From Eledone cirrhosa (taxonomy: Eukaryota): a stretch of 64,000 bases of DNA. Both the position numbers and the translations under genes were made by a program. Within the stretch, counting starts at the first letter, position 1; each line of letters opens with the position of its first letter. This document shows positions 25,641 to 38,200 of this stretch, piece after piece. A model generated the notes under the pieces. It worked only from the letters and a program-made list of their open reading frames with translations, was not told the origin of the DNA and ran no database searches. The stretch spans positions 419,926,001-419,990,000 of the forward strand of contig OZ024740.1 of NCBI GenBank assembly GCA_964016885.1, read 5' to 3'.

Positions 25641-26002
25641 TGATGGTGAGGATATTTGAAAACAGCACAACAAACTGATGAAATAGTCCCTAATCAAAGT
25701 ATTGTTACTATCTTAGCCATTGACATGCCAAGGACAAGTCATGAAAAGTCAACTTCTCCATTGAATGTCTGCTGCCCTATCTAATCATTAGGTCATCAAC
25801 ACTTCAGTCCATCCAACAGGCTTCCACACAGTCTCCATCTACCAAATTTCATTTACACGGTTTTGGTTGAAAACACTTTCTCCAAGTATTGTACAGTGAG
25901 ACTGATTCCCATCTAACTTTGATCAAAATATGGAGCCTTATTTCACAGCTTGACCAAATACTATAACTCTGCATACATAACTAACATGGAGACTTATTTC
26001 AC

Positions 26003-26335
26003 AGTGGCCTAGTGGTAAGGGTGTTGAACTTGCAATGATAATGTTGTGGGTTTGATTCTTGGACTGGATTGTGTGTTGTGTTCTTGAGTAAAACACTTTA
26101 TTTCATGTTCTCCAGTATATTCAGCTGAAAACAAGTAACAGCAATAGCTGGGGGTTTAACCCTGTGATAGACTGGTGTCCTGTCCAGGGGGAAGTCTCAT
26201 ACTGTCGCTTCATGCCACGGAAACCGAGATAAGCACCGGCTTGATGAGCCTATGGGTTTGAGAAAGACTTTAACCCACAGAAACTGGGATAAGCACTAGC
26301 TTGATGAACCTTCAGATTTGAGACAGACTTTAGAC
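26003..26335 (+). mobile_element. SINE family B, near full length, with duplicated 3' end
   Basis: A/B-box-like head, CORE-like segment; GAAAC(C/T)G.GATAAGCAC tail present twice. Confidence 0.8.
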
Positions 26336-26559
26336 CTTCTTTTAGAAGTAGGCTGGTGGAGCATCTGAAAGTTGTGTTGACTACAGACACAAAACAATGC
26401 TGTTGACAGGATACAAACAATTGACTTCTCCATTAGTTATCATTTGGTCATCCACACTCCCATTTATAGGCCTGCTTCCATGTCAGACTGATAATAAACA
26501 CATATGTATGTTGATAACACCGCAGACACACACACATCTGTGTATGTGTGTGTCTACAG

Positions 26560-26748
26560 TCAATGAGGGGTCTTCAGTGTTACATTTGATCTGCTAATAA
26601 TAGCAACAAAAATCTCTCCAAATTACAGCCCACTTGATTTCAAAAAGGCAGTGAACATTAGATAATGTAGTCCTAGGTAAACATGACAGGATGGTTGAGA
26701 CTGGTATAGTTTTCATAATAGGGCTAGCCTGGGATTAAACAACAACAA
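26560..26748 (-). mobile_element. Unclassified dispersed repeat
   Basis: Reverse complement resembles 27300-27475 and 28270-28580 (GGCTGCTATTTCTAGCAGG-type motif). Confidence 0.55.
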
Positions 26749-27509
26749 CTCTCTCACGTATACACTCACACACACACATGTACACATATACAATCACACT
26801 GTCTCTCACATTCTCACAAGCACATACATACACAGTGAGACATAACAAATAATTGTCTTAATTAGATACAAAATGTTTCATTTTGTTTGTTCGGTGACTA
26901 ATTAAGTAATTGTAATTGATACTAAGTTACTAGTAAACTAATCAGCATAGTTTTGTTAAATGTGGGATTTGACATACAAGTTGGTAGGTGAACTCAACCA
27001 GTCTGTCATAGCTTTGGTAAGAATTGAGATACAAGTTGGTAGGTGAACTCAACCAGTTTGTCATAGCTTTAGTTGTTATGGATTTATTATAGTCAGATGA
27101 CAATGAAACATAAAGTTTGAGTTTAGAGAAAAAATCAATTTTCAAGTTATATTGTGTGTATCTTGTGTGTGTGTGTGTGTGTAAATGTTGTGTGTATGAC
27201 TTTAATGTATTGTTAATCAATTTTCTACTTATATCTTGTGTGTGTGTATGTGCGTCTGTGTGTGTTTGTGTGTGTGTCTGACTTTAATACATTGTTATTA
27301 TTTAACACCCAGGCCTATTACTAGAGATATTCTGGCTACAGCCATTCCATCCTACCTTTAGACATAGTACACCTAGGGCCATATAGTTTAATGTATCTTT
27401 CCTTTTATAATATGTTAGGGTGTGGTTTTTAGATAACATGGCTGCTATTTCTAGCAGGCCAAGCTATCGCATAGAGCAATAGTTTCTAACTTTTAACTTT
27501 TATCACAAC

Positions 27510-27676
27510 CAGTGCCAGATTTACCATTGTGCTTAGGTGTGCTTATGCACAGGGTCCTATTGGCCAGGGGGAGCCTGTCTTCCTGCCAAACAAATGTTTT
27601 ACAATGAATTTCTCCAATGTAAGAGGCCATATAACTTAACTAGCATGGGCCCTCATTTGTCATAAATCCAGCACTG
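27510..27676. mobile_element. hAT-type MITE (167 bp)
   Basis: TIRs CAGTGCCAGATTTA / TAAATCCAGCACTG; 8-bp TSD ATCACAAC / ATCGCAAC. Confidence 0.8.
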
Positions 27677-28929
27677 ATCGCAACCCTTTCTAACAAATAA
27701 ATAATCGTTTCAGACCCATTTTTGGATATTTAATATAAACAGAGTTGTTATATCATGAGATAGAATGATTTATGGCATTCATTCTGGCTCTCTGCTCTCT
27801 CAGTTGAAATGCCACCAAAGTCAACTTTGCCTTTCATCCTTTCAAGGTCGATAAAAGAGTACCAGTCTAGTACTGGGGGTTAAATTCTCCCTCTATATCT
27901 CTTTCTTATTTCCTCTCTCTCTCACTCTCTAACCTTCTATGGAAGAAATTGCTGTATTCAGACCTGGAGAGGTGATGTGCTCCACCAGACTTAAAATGCG
28001 TAAGAAACATCATATGCCACTATGGCACCGCTATGACTCCATCAGGAGTTACGGGACCATACATACATGTTAATAAATCTTGGTGGGTGGTGTTTACAAA
28101 TGATTATACATGTAGTTATTGCATCTGTCTGGCCTAGAACACAATGTCAATCTGAATTGTTCTGTTAAATATCTACATGATCTTTAAGTCAGAGTATTTT
28201 CATTTCACTCGGTATGTTCAATTAGTATAGTTTCTGTGCAGGAATTATTACTTTGAATGCTATGTTGCTTGTTGTTTATCTCCAGGTACGCCTTATTCAG
28301 CAGATTTATAATCTAATAAACACTCCTAGCCCCAACCCTCACCTGATAAGTCCCCATGCACCCCCTTCCATCCCACTCTGTAATGTGATCATGTTGGTGA
28401 CATGACATGTTGATGATGATGATGGTTCCAGCTGTGACTATCCTCTACTTCCAGAAATATCCAGGACCATATTATCTTATGTGTTCTTTCCTTTTTTTCT
28501 TCAAGACAATGAAATGTGGTTTGAGGCAGATTTAGCTACTATTTCCATCAGGTGGAATAACTTGTATAGAAGTAGCTTCACTAGGATAAATGGGTTTCCT
28601 CAGCCAAAAATTTGAAAGATTTGATTGTTGTTGCTATTGCTGTTGTTTTCGTGAGTTTGTCTTTGTAAAGGAATGAATACAAGCAACATGACATTACCTG
28701 CTATTTTAGAAATTGAATGAAAACTTAAAAACAGATGCCAAATGTAATCTAGTTACTTCAACACCAATTGAATTGGTCGTATCAGTTTCTCTTCTACAGC
28801 AAACATCGGGACAATTACAACTTTTGTTACTATATTTCTCATGAAAGACACTGCCTATGCTTTGCAAATAATTTTGAAAATAATCAAGGATTTGGATGGA
28901 TTTAATTATATAAACACGCTTTCTCATCC

Positions 28930-29590
28930 AGGAAGCCTGCACAGTGTACTCTACATGTGAATGGTGTTACACTGAAGCAGGTAGAGAAGTTCAAATATCG
29001 AGGCCATGTTCATGTGTGAAGGCAGGAGACTGAATTAAGTGCAAGAATTGCAAGAGTTGGTGCAGTAATGTGCCAGCTTCAGCATTCAGTAATCAGAAGG
29101 GAGGTAGGTGTAAAAGCCAAACTCGGTGTCTTCAATTCGGTATTTGTGCCAACCCATACCTATGGTCATGAATCTTGGGTAATGCTCAAAAAAGTATTAT
29201 CGCAAATTCAAGCGGCCACAATGGGGTTCCTCCAAAGGGTCTTTGGAGTAACATTACTCGATAGATCAGAGATCAGAGAATCACACCAGGTAGAGCCACT
29301 ACTTCTCTGAATTGAGAGATCACAGCTCTGATACTATGGGCATGTGGTTAGAATGTCTCAGGAAAGAATTGCTGGTCAGATTATATGGGCAAAACAAACT
29401 GGTAGGAGACCCAGAGGTAGACCCTGAGCAAGATGGTTAGATAACATCCATGAGCTAGGTTGGTCTCACTTGGGGATCCAGCCAGATCAGTTGGAGACGG
29501 TTGCTTCCGACAGGATCTGCTGAAAGGAGTGTTTGAGGACTCTGCCCCCACAAGCCTCTCAGGAATAAGGGTCCAAAGAAAAAGATGAAG
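28930..29590 (+). mobile_element. RTE family 1, 5'-truncated, RT C-terminal region
   Basis: CTLHVNGVTLKQVEKFKY...KAKLGVFNSVFVPTHTYGHESW...YYGHVVRM...GRRPRGRP*ARWLDNI with stops. Confidence 0.9.
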
Positions 29591-30249
29591 ACGGCAATGA
29601 CAACGAAGAACTTTTTATTAAGTCATGTTCTAAACAGAAGCTTAATAATGAAAAATATAGTTATTTTACTAAATTCCTCCAAAATTTTTTTTTTTTTCAA
29701 TATCAGTTGAAACATATTGGAAGTGTGTGTTTTGTTCTATCAATATGGTAACAATAGGGTTAATAATAAGATATTCCATTTTTTAAAATGAAAGACATAT
29801 CTAACATAGAAATGTTTTGTCCTGGATATAATACATATTGACATATATTCCATTTACATTAAATATATAAGACTTAACAGCTTCAACTGTAAATTTTTTT
29901 TGATATAAATATCTAAAATGTAAAACATGTCAGCTACTTGTTCAGAATATTTGGTGTGGGAATGGGAAGGAATATTTGATAAATGAAAATACAGCATTTA
30001 TCAGAATGAATAAGACTCATTATTTTTTAAGATCAAAACCAGATGTTTCTAGTTGCTAAGTTTCTAAGGATATTTAGATCAGTTTTATACTGATACAAGT
30101 AAATTTTCTGATAAGTAGTTCAACAGTTTTGCTAACATAAAATTTTACTGTACTATTAACTGTACTAATTATCTCCTGCTATATATTAACTCAGATATGA
30201 TGTGTATGTGTGTCTGTGTGTGTATGTGAGTATGTATGTGTGTGTGTAT

Positions 30250-30565
30250 ATGTGTGCATGTAGACGGCATAACGTAAGTTGGATGTGTAATGTTAGTGTA
30301 CACGAATGACATAACATAAAATGAGCTGAGAGAAAAACTCTGTTTAAAAGTTCACCAACGATGTGAACAAGAGAGAAGACTGGCTGATGTGTCGGAAGAT
30401 GTATGTTTAAAGGAATGCCGAGAAATTTCAGTGGATGGGACTCATGGAAGAGGTAGACTTGGGAAGACATGAGATGATGTGGAGAAGTCTTAGAAGCTGA
30501 ATCTTATGATAGAGAAGACAAAATACTACAAGCAGTACTGGAGAAGACCCTACCATTATAAGCAT
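30250..30565 (+). mobile_element. Highly degenerate RTE family 2-like 3' fragment
   Basis: GTTGGATGTGTAAT...GGAAGAGGTAGAC...AGAAGACCC resembles 55845-56150. Confidence 0.55.
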
Positions 30566-30829
30566 GTGATTCCCCGCTCTTTTCATTACTCCTTAGTAAC
30601 TATTCTCATCATCATTAAACTCTACTCCTACCAGCATCATATCACTCTTCCTCTCATCACCTTGTCAAACCCTACCACACCTGTCATACACCTAGGACAT
30701 AATTTCTTAATCCTCTCTCTCCCACATCACTCAAAGCCAACAACATCATTCACCCACCCCACCACCCCCATAATATACATCACTCAAGGCCCTCATCTAC
30801 CACTCTCTCTCAACATATTCCCCTACTGC

Positions 30830-32264
30830 TGATTAAATCACCAAAGAAACAAAATCTGTCAACAGCTTCCTGGCATCTGAATCTATTTCATTTGTGCTTT
30901 TAGTGCTTCTCCTCTGCATCTGCCACATATAAAGTCTTATTTCTTTGTTAACCTGCCTATATTTTCATTATATCTCTTGTGCCTCCACAGATCACACTGT
31001 ATGTATCTTATGGAATTTCTACGTGATCATATCAAACAAGGCCACTTCTCTGGCGTTACTAGTTTCCTCACCTCTTTCCTACTTATTAGAACTTGGGTCT
31101 TTGTTAAGTTTACTTTTAGGCCTTTTGATTCTAAGTTTTTTTTTCTTTTTCACATCTGAAATTTTGCTTTTAACCCTCACAGATTCAGCTATAAAGACTA
31201 GATGATCAGTATACAGAAATTCACATTGTGTGCCAGTCTTAAACTCTTCAGATATGGCTTGAAGGACAATAATTGTTTCTACTTTAGGCACAAGGCCAGC
31301 AATTACCCAGTGCATTACTGGTACTTTATTTTATCGACCCCGTAAGGATGAAAGGCAAAGTCAACCTCGGCGGGATTTGAACTCAGATCGTAAAGGGACG
31401 TAACTATGCTGGAAAGCATGGCGTCCGACCCTCTACCGATACTGCCAATCCGACAATAATAAACAGTAGTTGATTGAGGACTGAGCTCTGATGCACCCCC
31501 TCCCCCCACATGCAATTAAATTCATCACTGTACTTATTGCTACCCCTCACCATGCCAGTTGCACCCCTATACAATTTTCTACACCTAGCTTCCTTAGAAC
31601 CCACCAGATTACAGAAGAGGGAACCTTGTTAAAGGCTTTATCCAGATCCACAAATGCCAGACATATAGACTAACTCTTAGCCATGTTCATATAAAAATGA
31701 GAAAACTCATCGCTAGAACAGCCGTTAAAACAGCTAAATGCTGTCAAAGACAGTGATGGGCCAAAATGCCTCATAGGACAGGGACCAGCTACCAGGGGTC
31801 AACAGAGAGACAGACCATGAGGTGGGTGACAGGCAGAGGAAATATAGAAAAGATTGAAAGTAGAGGACAATGTTTATTTATTTATCTTAGCCATGTATTT
31901 CTCCTGCAGTTGTGTCACAAGGAAGATGACGTTAATACTACCCCAACTTAACATAAAGCTAAACTGCATTATATCTAATTTATCTGTCCATAATTAATTG
32001 TACCATAATTCTTTCAGTAATTTTCATAAACTGGTCCCTCAATTTGATGTCTCTGTAGTTACCTCTCTCTAGGGCTTCACCTTTGCCCTTATAGCAGTTT
32101 ACAATGTTACTACTGTGCTAGTCATTAGATATGACACCATCTTATACTACTTGATTATGTGTCTGACTAGTTTGTAATCTACCATGCCCACCAGATGTTT
32201 TTACTATCTCAGCTTCCCTTCCTTCATATCCTTAATTACTTTCTCTATTACACTGCTGTCAACT
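30830..32264 (-). mobile_element. RTE LINE, RT-domain half (decayed, interrupted)
   Basis: Minus strand in order: VDSSVIEKVIKDMKEGK, GNYRDIKL..MKITERI..MQFSFM, LAFVDLDKAFNKVP, GVHQSSVLNQLLFIIVLQAI, EFLYTDHLVFIAES (decayed YADD), Cys/His-rich segment. Confidence 0.9.
31274..31451 (-). mobile_element. SINE family A inserted in the RTE RT domain
   Basis: 9-bp TSD GACAATAAT at 31265-31273 and 31452-31460; removal restores LLFIIVLQAIS. Confidence 0.92.
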
Positions 32265-35200
32265 TTTATGTCTACTCCCTCAGTTGGGTCTTCATGGAGT
32301 AGTTCCCCCACTGTCCCATTTATGGCTACTCCCTCAGTTGGTCTTCATGGAGTAGTTCCCCCACTGTCCCATTTATGTCTACTCCCTCAGTTGGGTCTTC
32401 ATGGAGTAGTTCCCCCACTGTCCCATTTATGTCTACTCCCTAAGTTGGTCTTCATGGAGTAGTTCCCCCACTGTCCCATTTATGTCTACTCCCTCAGTTG
32501 GTCTTCATGGAGTAGGTCTCCCACTGTCCCATTTATGTCTACTCCCTCAGTTGGTCTTCATGGAGTAGTTCCCCCACTGTCCCATTTATGTCTACTCCCT
32601 CAGTTGGTCTTCATGGAGTAGTTCCCCCACTGTCCCATTTATGTCTACTCCCTCAGTTGGGTCTTCATGGAGTAGGTCCCCCACTGTCCCATTTATGTCT
32701 ACTCCCTCAGTTGGTCTTCATGGAGTAGGTCCCCCACTGTCCCATTTATGTCTACTCCCTCAGTTGGTCTTCATGGAGTAGTTCCCCCACTGTCCCATTT
32801 ATGGCTACTCCCTCAGTTGGTCTTCAGGGAGTAGTTCCCCCACTGTCCCATTTATGTCTACTCCCTCAGTTGGTCTTCAGGGAGTAGTTCCCCCACTGTC
32901 CCATTTATGTCTACTCCCTCAGTTGGGTCTTCATGGAGTAGTTCCCCCACTGTCCCATTTATGTCTACTCCCTCAGTTGGTCTTCATGGAGTAGTTCCCC
33001 CACTGTCCCATTTATGTCTACTCCCTCAGTTGGTCTTCATGGAGTAGTTCCCCCACTGTCCCATTTATGTCTACTCCCTCAGTTGGGTCTTCATGGAGTA
33101 GTTCCCCCACTGACCCATTTATGTCTACTCCCTCAGTTGGGTCTTCATGGAGTAGTTCCCTCACTGTCCCATTTATGGCTACTCCCTCAGTTGGGGCTTC
33201 ATGGAGTAGGTCCCCCACTGACCCATTTATGTCTACTCCCTCAGTTGGGTCTTCATGGAGTAGTTCCCTCACTGTCCCATTTATGGCTACTCCCTCAGTT
33301 GGGGCTTCATGGAGTAGGTCCCCCACTGTCCCATTTGTGTCTACTCCCTCAGTTGGGTCTTCATGGAGTAGTTCCCCCACTGTCCCATTTATGGCTACTC
33401 CCTCAGTTGGTCTTCATGGAGTAGTTCCCCCACTGTCCCATTTATGTCTACTCCCTCAGTTGGGTCTTCATGGAGTAGTTCCCCCACTGTCCCATTTATG
33501 TCTACTCCCTCAGTTGGGTCTTCATGGAGTAGTTCCCCCACTGTCCCATTTATGTCTACTCCCTCAGTTGGGTATTCATGGAGTAGTTCCCCCACTGTCC
33601 CATTTATGTCTACTCCCTCAGTTGGTCTTCATGGAGTAGTTCCCCCACTGTCCCATTTATGTCTACTCCCTCAGTTGGTCTTCATGGAGTAGTTCCCCCA
33701 CTGTCCCATTTATGTCTACTCCCTCAGTTGGGTCTTCATGGAGTAGTTCCCCCACTGACCCATTTATGTCTACTCCCTCAGTTGGGTCTTCATGGAGTAG
33801 TTCCCTCACTGTCCCATTTATGGCTACTCCCTCAGTTGGGGCTTCATGGAGTAGGTCCCCCACTGACCCATTTATGTCTACTCCCTCAGTTGGGTCTTCA
33901 TGGAGTAGTTCCCTCACTGTCCCATTTATGGCTACTCCCTCAGTTGGGGCTTCATGGAGTAGGTCCCCCACTGTCCCATTTGTGTCTACTCCCTCAGTTG
34001 GGTCTTCATGGAGTAGTTCCCCCACTGTCCCATTTATGGCTACTCCCTCAGTTGGTCTTCATGGAGTAGTTCCCCCACTGTCCCATTTATGTCTACTCCC
34101 TCAGTTGGGTCTTCATGGAGTAGTTCCCCCACTGTCCCATTTATGTCTACTCCCTCAGTTGGGTCTTCATGGAGTAGTTCCCCCACTGTCCCATTTATGT
34201 CTACTCCCTCAGTTGGGTATTCATGGAGTAGTTCCCCCACTGTCCCATTTATGGCTACTCCCTCAGTTGGGTCTTCATGGAGTAGTTCCCCCACTCTCCC
34301 ATTTATGTCTACTCCCTCAGTTGGTCTTCATGGAGTAGGTCCCCCACTGTCCCATTTATGTCTACTCCCTCAGTTGGTCTTCATGGAGTAGTTCCCCCAC
34401 TGTCCCATTTATGGCTACTCCCTCAGTTGGGTCTTCATGGAGTAGGTCCCCCACTGTCCCATTTATGTCTACTCCCTCAGTTGGTCTTCATGGAGTAGTT
34501 CCCTCACTGTCCCATTTATGTCTACTCCCTCAGTTGGGTCTTCTTGGAGTAGGTCCCCCAATGTCCCATTTATGTCTACTCCCTCAGTTGGGTCTTCATG
34601 GAGTAGGTCCCCCACTGTCCCATTTATGTCTACTCCCTCAGTTGGTCTTCATGGAGTAGTTCCCCCACTGTCCCATTTATGTCTACTCCCTCAGTTGGGT
34701 CTTCATGGAGTAGTTCCCTCACTGTCCCATTTATGGCTACTCCCTCAGTTGGGTCTTCATGGAGTAGGTCCCCCACTGTCCCATTTATGTCTACTCCCTC
34801 AGTTGGGTCTTCATGGAGTAGTTCCCCCACTGTCCCATTTATGTCTACTCCCTCAGTTGGGTCTTCATGGAGTAGTTCCCCCACTGTCCCATTTATGTCT
34901 ACTCCCTCAGTTGGGTCTTCATGGAGTAGGTCCCCCACTGTCCCATTTATGTCTACTCCCTCAGTTGGGTCTTCATGGAGTAGTTCCCCCACTGTCCCAT
35001 TTATGTCTACTCCCTCAGTTGGGTCTTCATGGAGTAGTTCCCCCACTGTCCCATTTATGTCTACTCCCTCAGTTGGGTCTTCATGGAGTAGTTCCCCCAC
35101 TGTCCCATTTATGTCTACTCCCTCAGTTGGTCTTCATGGAGTAGTTCCCCCACTGTCCCATTTATGGCTACTCCCTCAGTTGGTCTTCATGGAGTAGTTC

Positions 35201-38200
35201 CCCCACTCTCCCATTTATGTCTACTCCCTCAGTTGGTCTTCATGGAGTAGTTCCCCCACTGTCCCATTTATGTCTACTCCCTCAGTTGGTCTTCATGGAG
35301 TAGTTCCCCCACTGTCCCAGTTATGTCTACTCCCTCAGTTGGTCTTCATGGAGTAGTTCCCCCACTGTCCCATTTATGTCTACTCCCTCAGTTGGTCTTC
35401 ATGGAGTAGTTCCCCCACTGTCCCATTTATGTCTACTCCCTCAGTTGTGTCTTCATGGAGTAGGTACCCCACTGTCCCATTTATGTCTACTCCCTCAGTT
35501 GGGTCTTCATGGAGTAGTTCCCCCACTGTCCCATTTATGGCTACTCCCTCAGTTGGTCTTCATGGAGTAGTTCCCCCACTGTCCCATTTATGTCTACTCC
35601 CTCAGTTGGGTCTTCATGGAGTAGTTCCCCCACTGTCCCATTTATGTCTACTCCCTAAGTTGGTCTTCATGGAGTAGTTCCCCCACTGTCCCATTTATGT
35701 CTACTCCCTCAGTTGGTCTTCATGGAGTAGGTCTCCCACTGTCCCATTTATGTCTACTCCCTCAGTTGGTCTTCATGGAGTAGTTCCCCCACTGTCCCAT
35801 TTATGTCTACTCCCTCAGTTGGTCTTCATGGAGTAGTTCCCCCACTGTCCCATTTATGTCTACTCCCTCAGTTGGGTCTTCATGGAGTAGGTCCCCCACT
35901 GTCCCATTTATGTCTACTCCCTCAGTTGGTCTTCATGGAGTAGGTCCCCCACTGTCCCATTTATGTCTACTCCCTCAGTTGGTCTTCATGGAGTAGTTCC
36001 CCCACTGTCCCATTTATGGCTACTCCCTCAGTTGGTCTTCAGGGAGTAGTTCCCCCACTGTCCCATTTATGTCTACTCCCTCAGTTGGTCTTCAGGGAGT
36101 AGTTCCCCCACTGTCCCATTTATGTCTACTCCCTCAGTTGGGTCTTCATGGAGTAGTTCCCCCACTGTCCCATTTATGTCTACTCCCTCAGTTGGTCTTC
36201 ATGGAGTAGTTCCCCCACTGTCCCATTTATGTCTACTCCCTCAGTTGGTCTTCATGGAGTAGTTCCCCCACTGTCCCATTTATGTCTACTCCCTCAGTTG
36301 GGTCTTCATGGAGTAGTTCCCCCACTGACCCATTTATGTCTACTCCCTCAGTTGGGTCTTCATGGAGTAGTTCCCTCACTGTCCCATTTATGGCTACTCC
36401 CTCAGTTGGGGCTTCATGGAGTAGGTCCCCCACTGACCCATTTATGTCTACTCCCTCAGTTGGGTCTTCATGGAGTAGTTCCCTCACTGTCCCATTTATG
36501 GCTACTCCCTCAGTTGGGGCTTCATGGAGTAGGTCCCCCACTGTCCCATTTGTGTCTACTCCCTCAGTTGGGTCTTCATGGAGTAGTTCCCCCACTGTCC
36601 CATTTATGGCTACTCCCTCAGTTGGTCTTCATGGAGTAGTTCCCCCACTGTCCCATTTATGTCTACTCCCTCAGTTGGGTCTTCATGGAGTAGTTCCCCC
36701 ACTGTCCCATTTATGTCTACTCCCTCAGTTGGGTCTTCATGGAGTAGTTCCCCCACTGTCCCATTTATGTCTACTCCCTCAGTTGGGTATTCATGGAGTA
36801 GTTCCCCCACTGTCCCATTTATGGCTACTCCCTCAGTTGGGTCTTCATGGAGTAGTTCCCCCACTCTCCCATTTATGTCTACTCCCTCAGTTGGTCTTCA
36901 TGGAGTAGGTCCCCCACTGTCCCATTTATGTCTACTCCCTCAGTTGGTCTTCATGGAGTAGTTCCCCCACTGTCCCATTTATGGCTACTCCCTCAGTTGG
37001 GTCTTCATGGAGTAGGTCCCCCACTGTCCCATTTATGTCTACTCCCTCAGTTGGTCTTCATGGAGTAGTTCCCTCACTGTCCCATTTATGTCTACTCCCT
37101 CAGTTGGGTCTTCTTGGAGTAGGTCCCCCAATGTCCCATTTATGTCTACTCCCTCAGTTGGGTCTTCATGGAGTAGGTCCCCCACTGTCCCATTTATGTC
37201 TACTCCCTCAGTTGGTCTTCATGGAGTAGTTCCCCCACTGTCCCATTTATGTCTACTCCCTCAGTTGGGTCTTCATGGAGTAGTTCCCTCACTGTCCCAT
37301 TTATGGCTACTCCCTCAGTTGGGTCTTCATGGAGTAGGTCCCCCACTGTCCCATTTATGTCTACTCCCTCAGTTGGGTCTTCATGGAGTAGTTCCCCCAC
37401 TGTCCCATTTATGTCTACTCCCTCAGTTGGGTCTTCATGGAGTAGTTCCCCCACTGTCCCATTTATGTCTACTCCCTCAGTTGGGTCTTCATGGAGTAGG
37501 TCCCCCACTGTCCCATTTATGTCTACTCCCTCAGTTGGGTCTTCATGGAGTAGTTCCCCCACTGTCCCATTTATGTCTACTCCCTCAGTTGGGTCTTCAT
37601 GGAGTAGTTCCCCCACTGTCCCATTTATGTCTACTCCCTCAGTTGGGTCTTCATGGAGTAGTTCCCCCACTGTCCCATTTATGTCTACTCCCTCAGTTGG
37701 TCTTCATGGAGTAGTTCCCCCACTGTCCCATTTATGGCTACTCCCTCAGTTGGTCTTCATGGAGTAGTTCCCCCACTCTCCCATTTATGTCTACTCCCTC
37801 AGTTGGTCTTCATGGAGTAGTTCCCCCACTGTCCCATTTATGTCTACTCCCTCAGTTGGTCTTCATGGAGTAGTTCCCCCACTGTCCCAGTTATGTCTAC
37901 TCCCTCAGTTGGTCTTCATGGAGTAGTTCCCCCACTGTCCCATTTATGTCTACTCCCTCAGTTGGTCTTCATGGAGTAGTTCCCCCACTGTCCCATTTAT
38001 GTCTACTCCCTCAGTTGGGTCTTCATGGAGTAGTTCCCCCACTGACCCATTTATGTCTACTCCCTCAGTTGGGTCTTCATGGAGTAGTTCCCTCACTGTC
38101 CCATTTATGGCTACTCCCTCAGTTGGGGCTTCATGGAGTAGGTCCCCCACTGACCCATTTATGTCTACTCCCTCAGTTGGGTCTTCATGGAGTAGTTCCC

